Below are positions 31,374 to 44,621 of a stretch of 64,000 nt of DNA, piece after piece; within the stretch, counting starts at the first letter, position 1, and every line of letters begins with the position of its first letter. The stretch lies in assembly GCA_963845565.1 (NCBI GenBank), contig CAWJSJ010000002.1, positions 1,984,001 through 2,048,000 of the forward strand, written 5' to 3'. The notes below the pieces were generated by a model. That model had not been told where the DNA came from. It made no database searches and saw nothing but the letters and a program-made list of their open reading frames with translations. The position numbers were made by a program, and so were the translations under genes. The stretch comes from an uncultured Methylomirabilota bacterium. Lineage in GTDB: Bacteria; Methylomirabilota; Methylomirabilia; Methylomirabilales; 2-02-FULL-66-22.

Positions 31374-31825
31374 ATGAAGGTGCTAATCATCGGGGCCACA
31401 CGAGGCATCGGGCGCTGCCTCGCGGATCGGGCGGTTGAGACTGGTGAACAAGTTACAGTCCTCGTGCGGGACCCTTCGCGGTGGCCCGATCCGCGCCCGA
31501 ATCTGCATGTGATCCGGGGGAACATCCTGGATCCCTGCAGTGTCGAAGAAGCAGTAAAGGGGCAAGAAGCCGTTTGCATTGTCATCGGAATACCTCCAAC
31601 TCGCAAGCCGGTGAATGTCTTCTCGCAAGGTGCTCGCACTGTTCTGGATGCCATGAAAACGCATCGAGTGGACCGCCTGGTATGTGTGACGGGTATTGGC
31701 GCCGGAGACAGCCGAGGCCATGGAGGTTTTTTGTACGAACGCATCGTCCGGCCGTTGCTTCTCAAGACGATTTACGCGGACAAGGAGAGGCAGGAAGAAA
31801 TAGTCCGTGCCTCAGGAGTTGCAGA
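31374..31825 (+). pseudogene. NAD(P)H-binding (flavin/biliverdin reductase-like) protein, C-terminally truncated
   Basis: MKVLIIGATRGIG Rossmann motif, TGIGAGDSRGHGG; runs directly into the MOSC gene. Confidence 0.7.
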
Positions 31826-31832
31826 GGTGGCG

Positions 31833-32507
31833 ATGAAGGTCACGGAGATCTGGCGATATCCGGTCAAGACCATGGCCGGCGAGAAGCTGCAGCGGGCAGC
31901 GCATCGGGCCGCTCGGCATCGACGGCGACCGAGTCGTGCATGTCGAGGACACCAGGGGTCGGGTGATCACGTCGCGATCCCATCCGCGTTTCCTGGGCCA
32001 TAAGGGCACGCTGGGCGCGGATGGCGCACCCCTGGTGGACGGCCGGCCGTGGGACAGTCCAGAGGTCGCCGCCGAGGTCGTGGAGATCGCCGGGCCGGCG
32101 CGAAGCTGGTGCGCTACGACGGCGCCGAGCGCTTCGACGTGCTGCCGTTGCTGGTGGCCACCGACGGCGCGATCGCGGCCTTCGGCCACGACCATCGCCG
32201 CTTGCGACCCAACATCGTGATCGGCGGTGTCGAAGGGATGACCGAGCGCGAGTGGCCGGGCGGGTGCCTGCGGATCGGCAAGGTGCTCATCGGTGTCCAG
32301 GATCTGCGCCTGCGCTGCATCATGACCTCATACGATCCCGACACGCTGGTCCAGGACAAGGAAATCACCCGCGGCATCTACCGGCGCTTCGAGGGCAAGC
32401 TCGCGCTCAACTGCTTCGTGATCGAAGGCGGCGAAATCGCGGTCGGCGACGAGGTGCAACTGGTGCGAGGGCGCGCTTGCGCAGAGTCCGCAGCGTTGAT
32501 CGAGTAG
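31833..32507 (+). CDS. MOSC domain protein, two frameshifts (~31895, ~32097)
   Basis: EIWRYPVKTMAGE, GIDGDR, RRLRPNIVI, LRCIMT, GEIAVGD across three frames. Confidence 0.78.
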
Positions 32508-32617
32508 GGCGACCATCGCCGTGGGTTCTGCAGATGACACACGGCACCAACGGACGGCGTTCGGCCGCCGTTGATCTGAGCGTCGGCTCCACGAATCACG
32601 AGTGAAGGAGGACACCG

Positions 32618-34283
32618 ATGCGAAGAAAGGTATCGGGGCGGGTCACCGTCCGGGCGATCAGTGGGACGCATGTGGTCTTCCTGGCATTCAACATGAAGGA
32701 GTCCGACGCGAACGGGCTCATGGGGTTTGCGATCCAGCGGACCGATCTCACGGACGACGAAACCGTCTGGCTGCGAGGCAACAAGACGTTTGCCAGCATC
32801 CGGCCGTCCACCGGTATAGAGGATGCCAGCAGTCACGAGCATCCGTTCCAGGCATTTCAATGGGCGGACTATTCGGCAAAGCCCGGCTACCGCTACCGCT
32901 ACCGCGTCATTCCCATGTACGGCAGCCCAGGCGCGCTGAAGAAGAAAGCGGCGACCAGCGTCACCATCACGGCCGAGCCGCTGTCGGGTGACACGCACGA
33001 CGTCCACTTCAATCGCGGCGCCATCGCGTCGCAAGCGTTCGCGAAACGCTTTCCGGGGCTGACGCTCGATCAGGCCGGCCCGCCCGCGTACGCGTGGCTG
33101 GCGCGCGATCTCTTGCCTGCGCTGCTCGGTTTCATCGCCAAAGCCAAGGACAGCAGTTACAGCCTGCGTGCCGCGATATACGAGCTGCAATGGCCGGACG
33201 TGCTGGCGGCCTTTGGGGCCGCCTCCCGCGCCGGCGCCGACGTGAAGATCGTCTACCACGCGAAGGACGACGAAACCGGCGCCGCGAACGAAGTGCAGAT
33301 CGACAAGGCGGGGATACGCGCGCTGTGCGTGCCGCGGAGAAACGCCAAGCTGATGCACAACAAGTTCATCGTGCTCAGCAAAGCCGGGAAGCCGATCTCG
33401 GTGTGGACCGGTTCCACGAACTTGAGCCGCAATGCCTTGCATGGCCAGCTCAACGTCGGGCACGCCATTCACGACCGCGTCGTGGCCAAGGCGTTCCTCG
33501 GCTACTGGACCGCGTTGACGGCGGATCCGACCGCAGACGACCTGAAAGAGTTGGGCCGAAGCCAACAACGCACTGCCGCCGGACGATGACGCCGATTTGC
33601 TCACCCCGGTGTTTTCGCCGCACCGCGGCCGGGGGGTGTTCGACTGGTGGATAGACCTCGCCGGCGCGCCAGGGAAGCCGCTGTTCATGACCTTTCCCTT
33701 TGGCATCGTCAAGGACTTCCGGCCGGTGTTCGACAAGAACGACGGCGTACTGCGGTTCGGTATGCTGGACAAATACGTGAACGGCGGCACGGTGGCCTCG
33801 CGCGCGGCAGCGATTGCCGATATCCAGCGCATCTGCCGGCACCCCAACATCGCCATGGCGCTGGGCGCCCGAATCCTGGTGGATTGGATCGACGGCTGGT
33901 ACCGGGAATCCAGCGCCATCGGCGTCAACGTCAACTGGGTGCACACGAAATTCATGCTGATCGATCCGCTTGGCATGAAGCCGGTGACGCTCACCGGTTC
34001 CGCCAACTGGAGCGAAGCGAGCGTGAACGTCAACGACGAAAACATGGTGGTCATTCGCGGCGACAAGCGCGTGGCGGATATCTACTTCGGCGAGTTCATG
34101 CGCATCTTTGCCCACCACCGCTTCCGGGAGTCTGTGGCGCGCCATATCGAGGAGTTCGGCTCGGCGGCGTTCAATACCTGGAAGCCGCAGGACCTCTTCG
34201 AAGACTGGCGCAAATGGGTGCCCATGCACTTCAGGGCGGGTTCGGAGCGCGACATCAAGCGGCGGTATTTCTCAGGTGAATAG
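32618..34283 (+). CDS. Phospholipase D-family protein with two HxK motifs; frameshift near 33550
   Basis: MHNKFIV...WTGSTN and VHTKFMLID...TGSANWS..NDEN. Confidence 0.85.
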
Positions 34284-34360
34284 GTTCTGGACGGTAAGAC
34301 ATACGGCGTGCGCGACCGCGCGGGCGACGCGGCGGTCTCGGGGGACATGCGGAGGTTTCC

Positions 34361-35155
34361 ATGAATAGGCTGCTTGGGAATGCGGTCGGCGCCTTGCTGC
34401 TCGCAGTGCTCGTCCACGGTGCGAATGCGCAGGCTGCTGAACGTGTCGTTGATATTCCGACGAGACCTGGCGTGACGCAGCGACTGCTGATCCTTGCCCC
34501 CCAGGATCCGAAGGCGACCGTGATCCTTTTTGCGGGCGGCCATGGAGGCCTGCAAGTGGCCCCGAACGGTTCACTCAAATGGGGTGAGGGCAATTTTCTC
34601 GTCCGCACCCGACAGCTTTTCGCCGATCAGGGACTCCTGGTAGTCGTGGTTGATGCGCCATCTGATCGTCAAAGTGCCCCGTTCCTTGGTGGCTTTCGCC
34701 AGAAGCCCGAGCACGCTGCGGATATCAAGGCGGTCATCGCCTGGGCACGTGCGCAGGCGACGGTGCCTGTCTGGCTGGTGGGTACGAGCCGCGGCACGCA
34801 ATCAGCGGCCTTCATCGCCACCGCGCTTGAGAAAACAGAGGGCCCGGATGGTCTCGTTCTTACGTCAACCATCCTCAGCGATGACAAGGGTCGGCCGGTT
34901 CCGGCGATGCCTCTCGGAAAAGTGCGCATTCCCGTCTTGGTGGTTCACCATGAGCAAGACGGCTGCATCCACTGCGCGTTCAGCGACATACCGGCCCTGA
35001 TGGGCAAGCTTGGCGAAGCACCGAGAAAACAATTGTGGTCGTTCACGGGGGGAGAGAATCGGGGAGACCCCTGTGAAGCGCGGGCCTATCATGGCTTTAA
35101 TGGCCTTGAGCGTGACGTAGTCGCGCAGACGGTAGGCTGGATACTTGCCAAGTAG
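34361..35155 (+). CDS. Exported alpha/beta hydrolase
   Basis: Signal peptide, GTSRG nucleophile elbow, HHEQDGC, YHGF. Confidence 0.82.
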   Translation: MNRLLGNAVGALLLAVLVHGANAQAAERVVDIPTRPGVTQRLLILAPQDPKATVILFAGGHGGLQVAPNGSLKWGEGNFLVRTRQLFADQGLLVVVVDAPSDRQSAPFLGGFRQKPEHAADIKAVIAWARAQATVPVWLVGTSRGTQSAAFIATALEKTEGPDGLVLTSTILSDDKGRPVPAMPLGKVRIPVLVVHHEQDGCIHCAFSDIPALMGKLGEAPRKQLWSFTGGENRGDPCEARAYHGFNGLERDVVAQTVGWILAK

Positions 35156-35345
35156 CCAGGTGCCAGCGGTAGTCCAGGAGGCGCTGGCAGTGACGGAGGT
35201 CCGCGCTGCGGATGGCGAGCGTGTTCAGTACAACTTCCACGTCAAAGCCGCTGGCTGACGCGGTGTTGCGGGAGCCGTCCAGACACGACACCCCATCGCG
35301 CGCGGAACTCCGACGTCTAGTGTCGTTCGTCATGCAGGATCCTTC

Positions 35346-36041
35346 ATGAGAACCATCGGCTTGATCGGCGGGATGAGTTGGGAGTCCACCGTTCCGTATT
35401 ACCGTGTCATCAATGAAACGGTGCGCGCTCGGCTGGGCGGCCTTCACTCCGCCAAGATCATTCTCTACAGCGTCGACTTTCACGACATCGAACACCTACA
35501 ACGGGCGGGCGATTGGCCCGAGGCGGGGCGCCAACTGGCGCACGCGGCGCGGTCGCTGGAGTTGGCGGGTGCGGACTGTCTGGTGCTGTGCACAAACACG
35601 ATGCACCGAGTGGCGCCCGCAATCGAGGAAGCCGTTACGATCCCGTTCTTTCACATCGCGGACCCGACGGCTGAAGAAATCACACGGTCCGGCCTGGTGC
35701 GGGTCGGCCTGCTTGGCACGCGCTTCACGATGGAGCAGGAGTTCTATCGTCACAGGCTCCAACGCCATCACGGTATCGACGTCTTGGTTCCGGACGAAGC
35801 CGACCGGGAGATCGTCCATCGGGTCATTTACGACGAGCTGTGTGTGGGTAAGATTCTCGATGCCTCCCGCGGCCACTACCGTCGCATCATCAATCGCCTG
35901 GCCGAGCGTGGCGCGCAGGCGGTCATTCTCGGCTGTACAGAGATCTCGATGCTCGTCGGGACTGCGGACTCACCGGTTCCGGTCTTCGACACCACGAGCC
36001 TCCATGCCAGGAGGGTCGCGGAGTGGGCAACGAGCGATTAA
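35346..36041 (+). CDS. Aspartate/glutamate racemase family (YgeA/RacX-like)
   Basis: IGLIGGMSWEST, LCTNTMH, LGCTEI. Confidence 0.92.
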   Translation: MRTIGLIGGMSWESTVPYYRVINETVRARLGGLHSAKIILYSVDFHDIEHLQRAGDWPEAGRQLAHAARSLELAGADCLVLCTNTMHRVAPAIEEAVTIPFFHIADPTAEEITRSGLVRVGLLGTRFTMEQEFYRHRLQRHHGIDVLVPDEADREIVHRVIYDELCVGKILDASRGHYRRIINRLAERGAQAVILGCTEISMLVGTADSPVPVFDTTSLHARRVAEWATSD

Positions 36042-36193
36042 CGCGCTGGTGCGAGGGGCGAGGGGACGACGGCAGATATTCCGGCGGACCATGCGTTCCG
36101 ACGGAGACCGGTAAGGAGCCAACGACCCTCCCACCTTTCCGTCAATCACGATATGCGCTATCGACGATTTGAAGCCACAATCGGGAGGCCATT

Positions 36194-36586
36194 GTGAGCG
36201 TGCGGGCGGTTGTTGTCTGGTTGGTGCTCGTGTGCGTAGCCATCGGGAACGGCGCATTTCGAGAGGCCGTGCTCAATCCCCGCGTGGGCGCGCCTGTGGG
36301 ACACGTCGTGAGCACCGTGATGCTGTGTGTCGGCATTGCGTTCGTCGCGTGGGTGACGATCCCCTGGATTCACCCGACGACCGCGGGGGAGGCGGCCCGC
36401 GTCGGCGCGCTGTGGTTGGTTCTCGTGCTCCTATTCGAATTCGGGTTCGGACACTTCATCGCGCGGAAGTCGTGGCCGGAGCTGCTCACGGACTACGATC
36501 TTCTTCGCGGTCGCGTGTGGGTGCTTGTTCTGGTCACCACCGCTGTCGCTCCGTACCTGATGGCGCGTGCGCGCCGGCTCTGGTGA
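36194..36586 (+). CDS. Small four-TM hypothetical membrane protein
   Basis: NGAFRE, FEFGFGHF, LLTDYDL; hydrophobic helices. Confidence 0.7.
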   Translation: MSVRAVVVWLVLVCVAIGNGAFREAVLNPRVGAPVGHVVSTVMLCVGIAFVAWVTIPWIHPTTAGEAARVGALWLVLVLLFEFGFGHFIARKSWPELLTDYDLLRGRVWVLVLVTTAVAPYLMARARRLW

Positions 36587-37038
36587 CTGCGGCGCGGCCC
36601 GGTCGCGTGAAGGGACCGCGCCGACGTCGGGAGGGCACAATCTAACGGCCGCCGCCGATCCGCGGTTCGACGATTCCACCGCACGCGAGGGAAACGATCA
36701 TGGGCTTCTTCGAGTGGGCCGCGCTGGTCGTCGGGAGCGGTCTGATCGCTGGTGGAGTACGGGCCATCGGTCGACGGCAGGTGAGTACCCCCGAACGGCA
36801 CGAAGGGGACAGTGCCGTTCGACTGGGCTGGGTGTGGATCGGGTTGGGTACGTTGTTTGTACGCGCCGTGATGTTGGATGTCGCGTTCCTGAAGAGCCGT
36901 GTTTCGTCTGTTCCTCGCGGCCGCCAACTGAGCGTCCTGGGGCCTCGATACCGGTTGACCACCGTCGGACCGACCCTTGCGCCACACCGGTTGAGCATGT
37001 GCGCGCGGCGATCCACACCGACATGCGAGGAGGACGAC

Positions 37039-37449
37039 ATGAGTGCGTGGGAATTGTCGTCCGGTAGGTGGTCGCCGCGCCTGCTGAGTGTCTTGCGCAT
37101 CGTCACGGCGCTTCTCTTCATCCCGCACGGGACCCAGAAGCTGTTCGGGTTCCCCGGGGCGCAGCAGGCGGTGTCCCCACTCCTGTCTTTGATGGGGATC
37201 GCCGGAATCTTGGAATGCGTCGGCGGGGTGCTGCTTCTCCTGGGCCTGTTCACCCGACCTACGGCATTCGTACTGGCGGGAGAGATGGCGGTCGCCTATT
37301 TCATGGCCCACGCACCTCGGGGGTTCTGGCCAATTCTTAACCGAGGAGAACTGGCGGCGCTGTACTGTTTTGTGTTTCTCTACTTGGCCGTCGCCGGTGG
37401 GGGGGCGTGGAGTCTCGGCCGCTTCAATACCGGGACGCGACGTCGCTGA
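37039..37449 (+). CDS. DoxX family membrane protein
   Basis: HGTQKLFGFP, LLGLFTRP, GEMAVAYF, GGGAWSL; GAGGAGG RBS. Confidence 0.9.
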   Translation: MSAWELSSGRWSPRLLSVLRIVTALLFIPHGTQKLFGFPGAQQAVSPLLSLMGIAGILECVGGVLLLLGLFTRPTAFVLAGEMAVAYFMAHAPRGFWPILNRGELAALYCFVFLYLAVAGGGAWSLGRFNTGTRRR

Positions 37450-37457
37450 ACCGGAGT

Positions 37458-37496
37458 GACGACTCCCGCACCGAAGACCGGTGCGGGAGTCGTTCT
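37458..37496. terminator. Hairpin between convergent DoxX and DinB-family genes
   Basis: GACGACTCCCGCACCG-AAGAC-CGGTGCGGGAGTCGTT. Confidence 0.65.
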
Positions 37497-37556
37497 GCCG
37501 TATCCACTCTTGGTCGTTCCCGCAGGTTTCGCGAGTTATCTTCGCAACAATCCCGA

Positions 37557-38051
37557 CTACATCGTTTCGTCGGCCGTCGGCCCATAGATGGAGGGCAGCG
37601 GGACGTTCTGCAACCGGAGGTATACCGAGAGCTGCCCCCGGTGGTGGATTAAGTGGTTGAGCAGGAGCGAGCGGATCACCCCCATGCGCGGCATCTCGAC
37701 GATCACCTTGCCCCCCTTCGTGATCCGCCAGGTTGCGGAGAGCCGCTCCATGCTCTGTCCGCGAATGGCGGCCTCGGCCTGCGCCACGCCGGCATCGAAC
37801 GCGGCCAGGACATCCGCAGCGCTCCCCGCGGTCCGGGGCGTGTAGTCGCCGCCCACCTCGAACCCGTCCTTGTCTAGGATGCCGGCGACCCAGCCGGGGA
37901 TCTCGGCGATGTGGGTCGCCAGGCGGGCCAGGCTCATGGACTTGACGTGGGGCTGCCATGCCAAGTGCGCGTCGGGGACCCGCTCGAGCAGGCGGCGGGT
38001 GGTGGCCATCTCGTGCTTCAACTCCATCAGGATCGGATCGATCGGGTTCAT
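37557..38051 (-). CDS. DinB/YfiT-superfamily protein
   Basis: WQPHVKSMS..LATHIA, NHLIHHRGQLSVYLR, PSIYGPTAD. Confidence 0.88.
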   Translation of the reverse strand: MNPIDPILMELKHEMATTRRLLERVPDAHLAWQPHVKSMSLARLATHIAEIPGWVAGILDKDGFEVGGDYTPRTAGSAADVLAAFDAGVAQAEAAIRGQSMERLSATWRITKGGKVIVEMPRMGVIRSLLLNHLIHHRGQLSVYLRLQNVPLPSIYGPTADETM

Positions 38052-38320
38052 TCGGCACCTCCATCTGTGTGTGGTTTAGGCGGAACGCCGACCTGCCGCT
38101 CCGCGCCGGAGTTGGCAAGATACGGCGGCGGATTCCGTCGGTCGGAGAACGTGCGGCGTCCGCGTCGGAGAGCGAGATCGGGCATGGCGGTGCTCTCCTT
38201 CACGTGTTGAACTTGACGGAAAAGTCGGTGGCACGGATTGCGCTTGCGCGGCTATACTGTAGTCCGGAAGTGAAGGTGGTGCAAGGACGCTCAAGAGAAA
38301 CCTGTCACGGACGGATCGTC

Positions 38321-39703
38321 ATGCCGGTCGAGTTGTGCGGGTCAAGCGCAGGGGAGGAGCGCGCGGCGCGCGGGGCACCCGTCGGACGGATCGCGCTGCT
38401 GCTGGTATGCTGCCTCTTGGCTGCCTGCGGCAGAGGGGTGCCGCCGGTCGAGGAGGCGAGGTACGAAGGGCCGGCGCTCGATCGCGTTCCCATCGTGCTG
38501 GTGCCGGGAGTCAGTCGCGAAGTGGGAGCCCAGCTCCGGGGGGGCACGTTCATGCCCTTCTCGGCCCTGGCGCTCCGCACCGATGCCGAAGCGCTCGCCA
38601 ACCTGGGCGATCCAAGGTTTCCCGCCGATGGGCGACGCCCGCTGGAGATTCCCGGCCGGCTGGACCAGGCCCTGCGGCAGACCGACGTTCGGGGGTTGCA
38701 GAGCCTCCTCACTCACTTGATCCAGGTGGAAGGGTACGTCCGGGGAAACCCCGACCGTCCGCAGGACAAGGATTACCCTGAAAACCCCGAGGCGGTCCGC
38801 AGCGACCGGACGCGGCCGGCGTCGCTCTTTGTGCTCTACTACGACTGGCGCCGCGACCTGGCCGACAGCGCCTGCATCCTGGCCCAGGGTATCGACCGCA
38901 TCCGGGCGCGGACCGGCGCGACCCAGGTACACCTGGTCGGCCACAGCCTGGGTGGTGTTCTGGCGCGATACTACACGCGCTACGGCGGCTGGGACGCCAT
39001 GCGGGACCGCGCCTGCCCCCTGGGCGCGGGGAGCATGGGCGTTGCCGTCAACCCGCCCGGCACCGCCGCCATCCGACGGCTGGTCATGCTAGGCGCACCC
39101 CATCAGGGCTCGGGCCAGGCGTTCCGGGCCCTCTTGCAGGACTTCAACCTCTTCGGGTTCGTGGGGGTCGGGCTGCGGGATGCCGTCTCCACCATGCCGC
39201 TGCCGTGGCAGCTCTTGCCGGACGCCGACGCGGACGGCCGGGTTTCCCTCCTGGTGGGTCCCGCCGGCGAAGAGCGCGTCGCGCTCTACGCGCCGCAGAC
39301 CTGGATCGAGCGGGGGTGGTTGGCCGGGGACGTGACGGATCCCGAGCGCCGGAAATTCCTGGAGGTGATGCTCGACCGGGCCACGACCCTGCACCGCCGG
39401 ATGGCGGAGCGGAGCCCCGCCGAGGACGCCGTCCCGCGGCTGGCGGTGGGCGCCTCGTGTCGGCCGACCACGGCCAGGGGGCTGCTGGAGAACGGGAAGG
39501 TCGAATTTCTTTCCCGGGCCGACTTCGGCCATCCGCGCTTCTCACAAGTCACCGTCCCGGGAGACGGCATCGTGAGCCTGGAGAGTGCCTTGGGCGTACC
39601 CGCTTCCCCGACCCTCACGGCGCTCACCGTGTGCTCCAGCCATAGCGGGTACGTGGATGACCCGGCGTTGCGCGGTCGAATTGCGGATTTTCTCCTGCGG
39701 TGA
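38321..39703 (+). CDS. Lipase/acyltransferase-like alpha/beta hydrolase lipoprotein
   Basis: LLAAC lipobox, YYDWRRD, VGHSLGG, GAPHQG, PGDGIV. Confidence 0.8.
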   Translation: MPVELCGSSAGEERAARGAPVGRIALLLVCCLLAACGRGVPPVEEARYEGPALDRVPIVLVPGVSREVGAQLRGGTFMPFSALALRTDAEALANLGDPRFPADGRRPLEIPGRLDQALRQTDVRGLQSLLTHLIQVEGYVRGNPDRPQDKDYPENPEAVRSDRTRPASLFVLYYDWRRDLADSACILAQGIDRIRARTGATQVHLVGHSLGGVLARYYTRYGGWDAMRDRACPLGAGSMGVAVNPPGTAAIRRLVMLGAPHQGSGQAFRALLQDFNLFGFVGVGLRDAVSTMPLPWQLLPDADADGRVSLLVGPAGEERVALYAPQTWIERGWLAGDVTDPERRKFLEVMLDRATTLHRRMAERSPAEDAVPRLAVGASCRPTTARGLLENGKVEFLSRADFGHPRFSQVTVPGDGIVSLESALGVPASPTLTALTVCSSHSGYVDDPALRGRIADFLLR

Positions 39704-39911
39704 ACGGACGACGGCGACAGCGACAGGGACAGCGACAGGGACAGGGACAGTGGGTGGCTTGTTCGGGTGCGGTTGGTGGGATAAGATGATCATAGGATCC
39801 AGCATTCAGCGAGAATTCACAGGCGGGCCTCGGCTGACCGCCGATGGCTGATCGCTGAACGCTTAGTCACCCGCCATGCTGGGCTCTTCTCATTGATGGG
39901 GAGGATGATCC

Positions 39912-42614
<2,703 letters not shown>

Positions 42615-42687
42615 CGGACGGCGTGAGCGAAGGGACAGAGGGACAGAGGGACAGAAGGCAGAGCGGCGGAGAACGGGGGAGAGCAGC

Positions 42688-43314
42688 ATGAGGCGTGGCG
42701 CCTTGGTCGTGGCGGCGATTCTCCTGGCGGTCGGTCTGCTGGTTCGTCCGGCGGGGACCGCGTCGCAGAACGGGGCGACCCCGCCACAATCGGGCGGTTT
42801 GGCCGGGCAGTTCCTGGTGGCCGCGGAGGAGATGGGTGATCCCCGATTCGTCCGGACCGTGATCCTGGTGATCCGGCATGACGCCACCGGCGCCATGGGC
42901 CTCGTCGTGAATCGGCCGGTGGGCGAGGTGCCGATGGCCCGGCTACTGGAGGGGATCGGGTTGGACGCCACGGGTGTGCGCGGGGAGGTCCGACTGCACT
43001 ACGGCGGCCCGGTGGAGCCGCAGCAAGGGTTGACGCTGCATTCGACCGAGTTCTCGATCGACGGGACGCTGCGGGTGACCGGCGGTATCGCGGTCACCGG
43101 CAACCCCGAGGTCCTTCGTGCGATCGGGGCGGGCCGCGGCCCCAAGCGGTACCTGATCGCGCTGGGGTACGCCGGGTGGGCGCCAGGGCAGCTCGAGGCG
43201 GAGATGAAGGCCGGGGGGTGGGTCGCCGTGCCCGCCGATGCGGCGCTCACGTTCGACGAGAACGCCGAAACGAAGTGGGAGCGCGCGATGGCCCGGCGGC
43301 AGGTCGTACTGTAG
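42688..43314 (+). CDS. YqgE/AlgH family protein with N-terminal signal
   Basis: DPRFVRTVI, GAMGLVVNRP, YGGPV, GYAGWAPGQLE. Confidence 0.88.
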   Translation: MRRGALVVAAILLAVGLLVRPAGTASQNGATPPQSGGLAGQFLVAAEEMGDPRFVRTVILVIRHDATGAMGLVVNRPVGEVPMARLLEGIGLDATGVRGEVRLHYGGPVEPQQGLTLHSTEFSIDGTLRVTGGIAVTGNPEVLRAIGAGRGPKRYLIALGYAGWAPGQLEAEMKAGGWVAVPADAALTFDENAETKWERAMARRQVVL

Positions 43315-43407
43315 GGATCTCGTGCGCGGTTCCGAAAACACCACAGGCGGGCGTCCGGAAGGGAGGGACATCCCGCCTGTGGATTGCTAATCAGGGGCGC
43401 CGCCCGT

Positions 43408-44433
43408 TTATTTCTCCGAGATGATCTCCGTCCAGCCGTATGGGTCCTCGGCCTCGCCCCACTGGATCGCAGTCAACCGCTTGTAGAGCTCCGTGGTGAT
43501 CGGGCCGGCCTTGCCGTCCTTGGCATAGACGTGGTCCTTGCCGCGGTAGGTGATGGACTCGACCGGCGTGATCACGGCGGCCGTGCCCAGGCAGCCGGCC
43601 TCGTTGAAGGCCGGAAGCTCGTCCACCGAGACCTGCCGCTGCTCCACCTTCACGTCCATGTCCTTGGCGATCTGCTGGACGCTCATGTTGGTGATGCTCG
43701 GCAAGATGGAGGGGCTGGCCGGGGTGGCGAACGTCTTTCCGATGATGGCGTAGAAGTTGGACGAGCCGGATTCGTCGAGGTACTTCTTCTCCCGGCAGTC
43801 GAGATAGAGCACCTCGGCGTAGCCCTTCTCCTTCACCGGCAGGGTCGCCCGCATGCCCGCGGCGTAGTTGCCGCCGCACTTGGCATCCCCCACACCGCCC
43901 GGGGCGGCTCGGTCGATCTGCTCTTCCACGATGAGGCGCACAGGGGTCAGGCCGCCCTTGTAGTACGGCCCGACCGGGGTGACCAGGACCAGGAACAGGT
44001 AGTCATGACTCGGCTTCACACCCACCTCGGCGCTGACGCCGAGCAGGAGCGGGCGAACGTAGAGGCTCGCGCCGCTACCGTAGGGTGGAACGAACCGACG
44101 GTTCGCGCGGACGACCCGGTGCACCGCCTCGCGAAACAGCTCCTCCGGGACGGGCTGCATGAAGAGCTTCCGGGCGGAGCGCTGCGAACGCCGGGCGTTC
44201 TCGATCTGGCGGAAGGTCTGGATTCGACCATCCGGGCGCTCGTAGACCTTGAGGCCCTCGAAGATCTCCTGACCGTAGTGGAGGCACGTCGCGGCGATGT
44301 GGATGGGGATGTGCTCGTCGGCGGTCAGCTCCCCCGCGGACCACTTTCCATCCCGGAACCAGTAACGGATGTTGGCATCCGTCTTCTGGTAAGCAAAAGG
44401 CAAGTTGGCGAAATCGAGATTGGCGCGCTCCAT
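43408..44433 (-). CDS. ilvE: Branched-chain amino-acid aminotransferase
   Basis: LHYGQEIFEGLK, SLYVRP, KCGGNYAA, ILPSIT, GTAAVITPV. Confidence 0.93.
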   Translation of the reverse strand: MERANLDFANLPFAYQKTDANIRYWFRDGKWSAGELTADEHIPIHIAATCLHYGQEIFEGLKVYERPDGRIQTFRQIENARRSQRSARKLFMQPVPEELFREAVHRVVRANRRFVPPYGSGASLYVRPLLLGVSAEVGVKPSHDYLFLVLVTPVGPYYKGGLTPVRLIVEEQIDRAAPGGVGDAKCGGNYAAGMRATLPVKEKGYAEVLYLDCREKKYLDESGSSNFYAIIGKTFATPASPSILPSITNMSVQQIAKDMDVKVEQRQVSVDELPAFNEAGCLGTAAVITPVESITYRGKDHVYAKDGKAGPITTELYKRLTAIQWGEAEDPYGWTEIISEK

Positions 44434-44621
44434 GGCTGCTCCCTCCCTGCGGTGGACTGTCCGTAGGGTCAGCATGGTACCGCGAGCGTGGGCGGGGCGC
44501 AAGACTCTTCCGCGAAGGACGGGTTTTCCGAACGATTGTTCGGTTTGGATGGGGGGCTCTGGACATTTGACGCAGGCCAATCGGCAATCTGCAATCGTCA
44601 ATCGTCAATAGGTGAGTTGGC

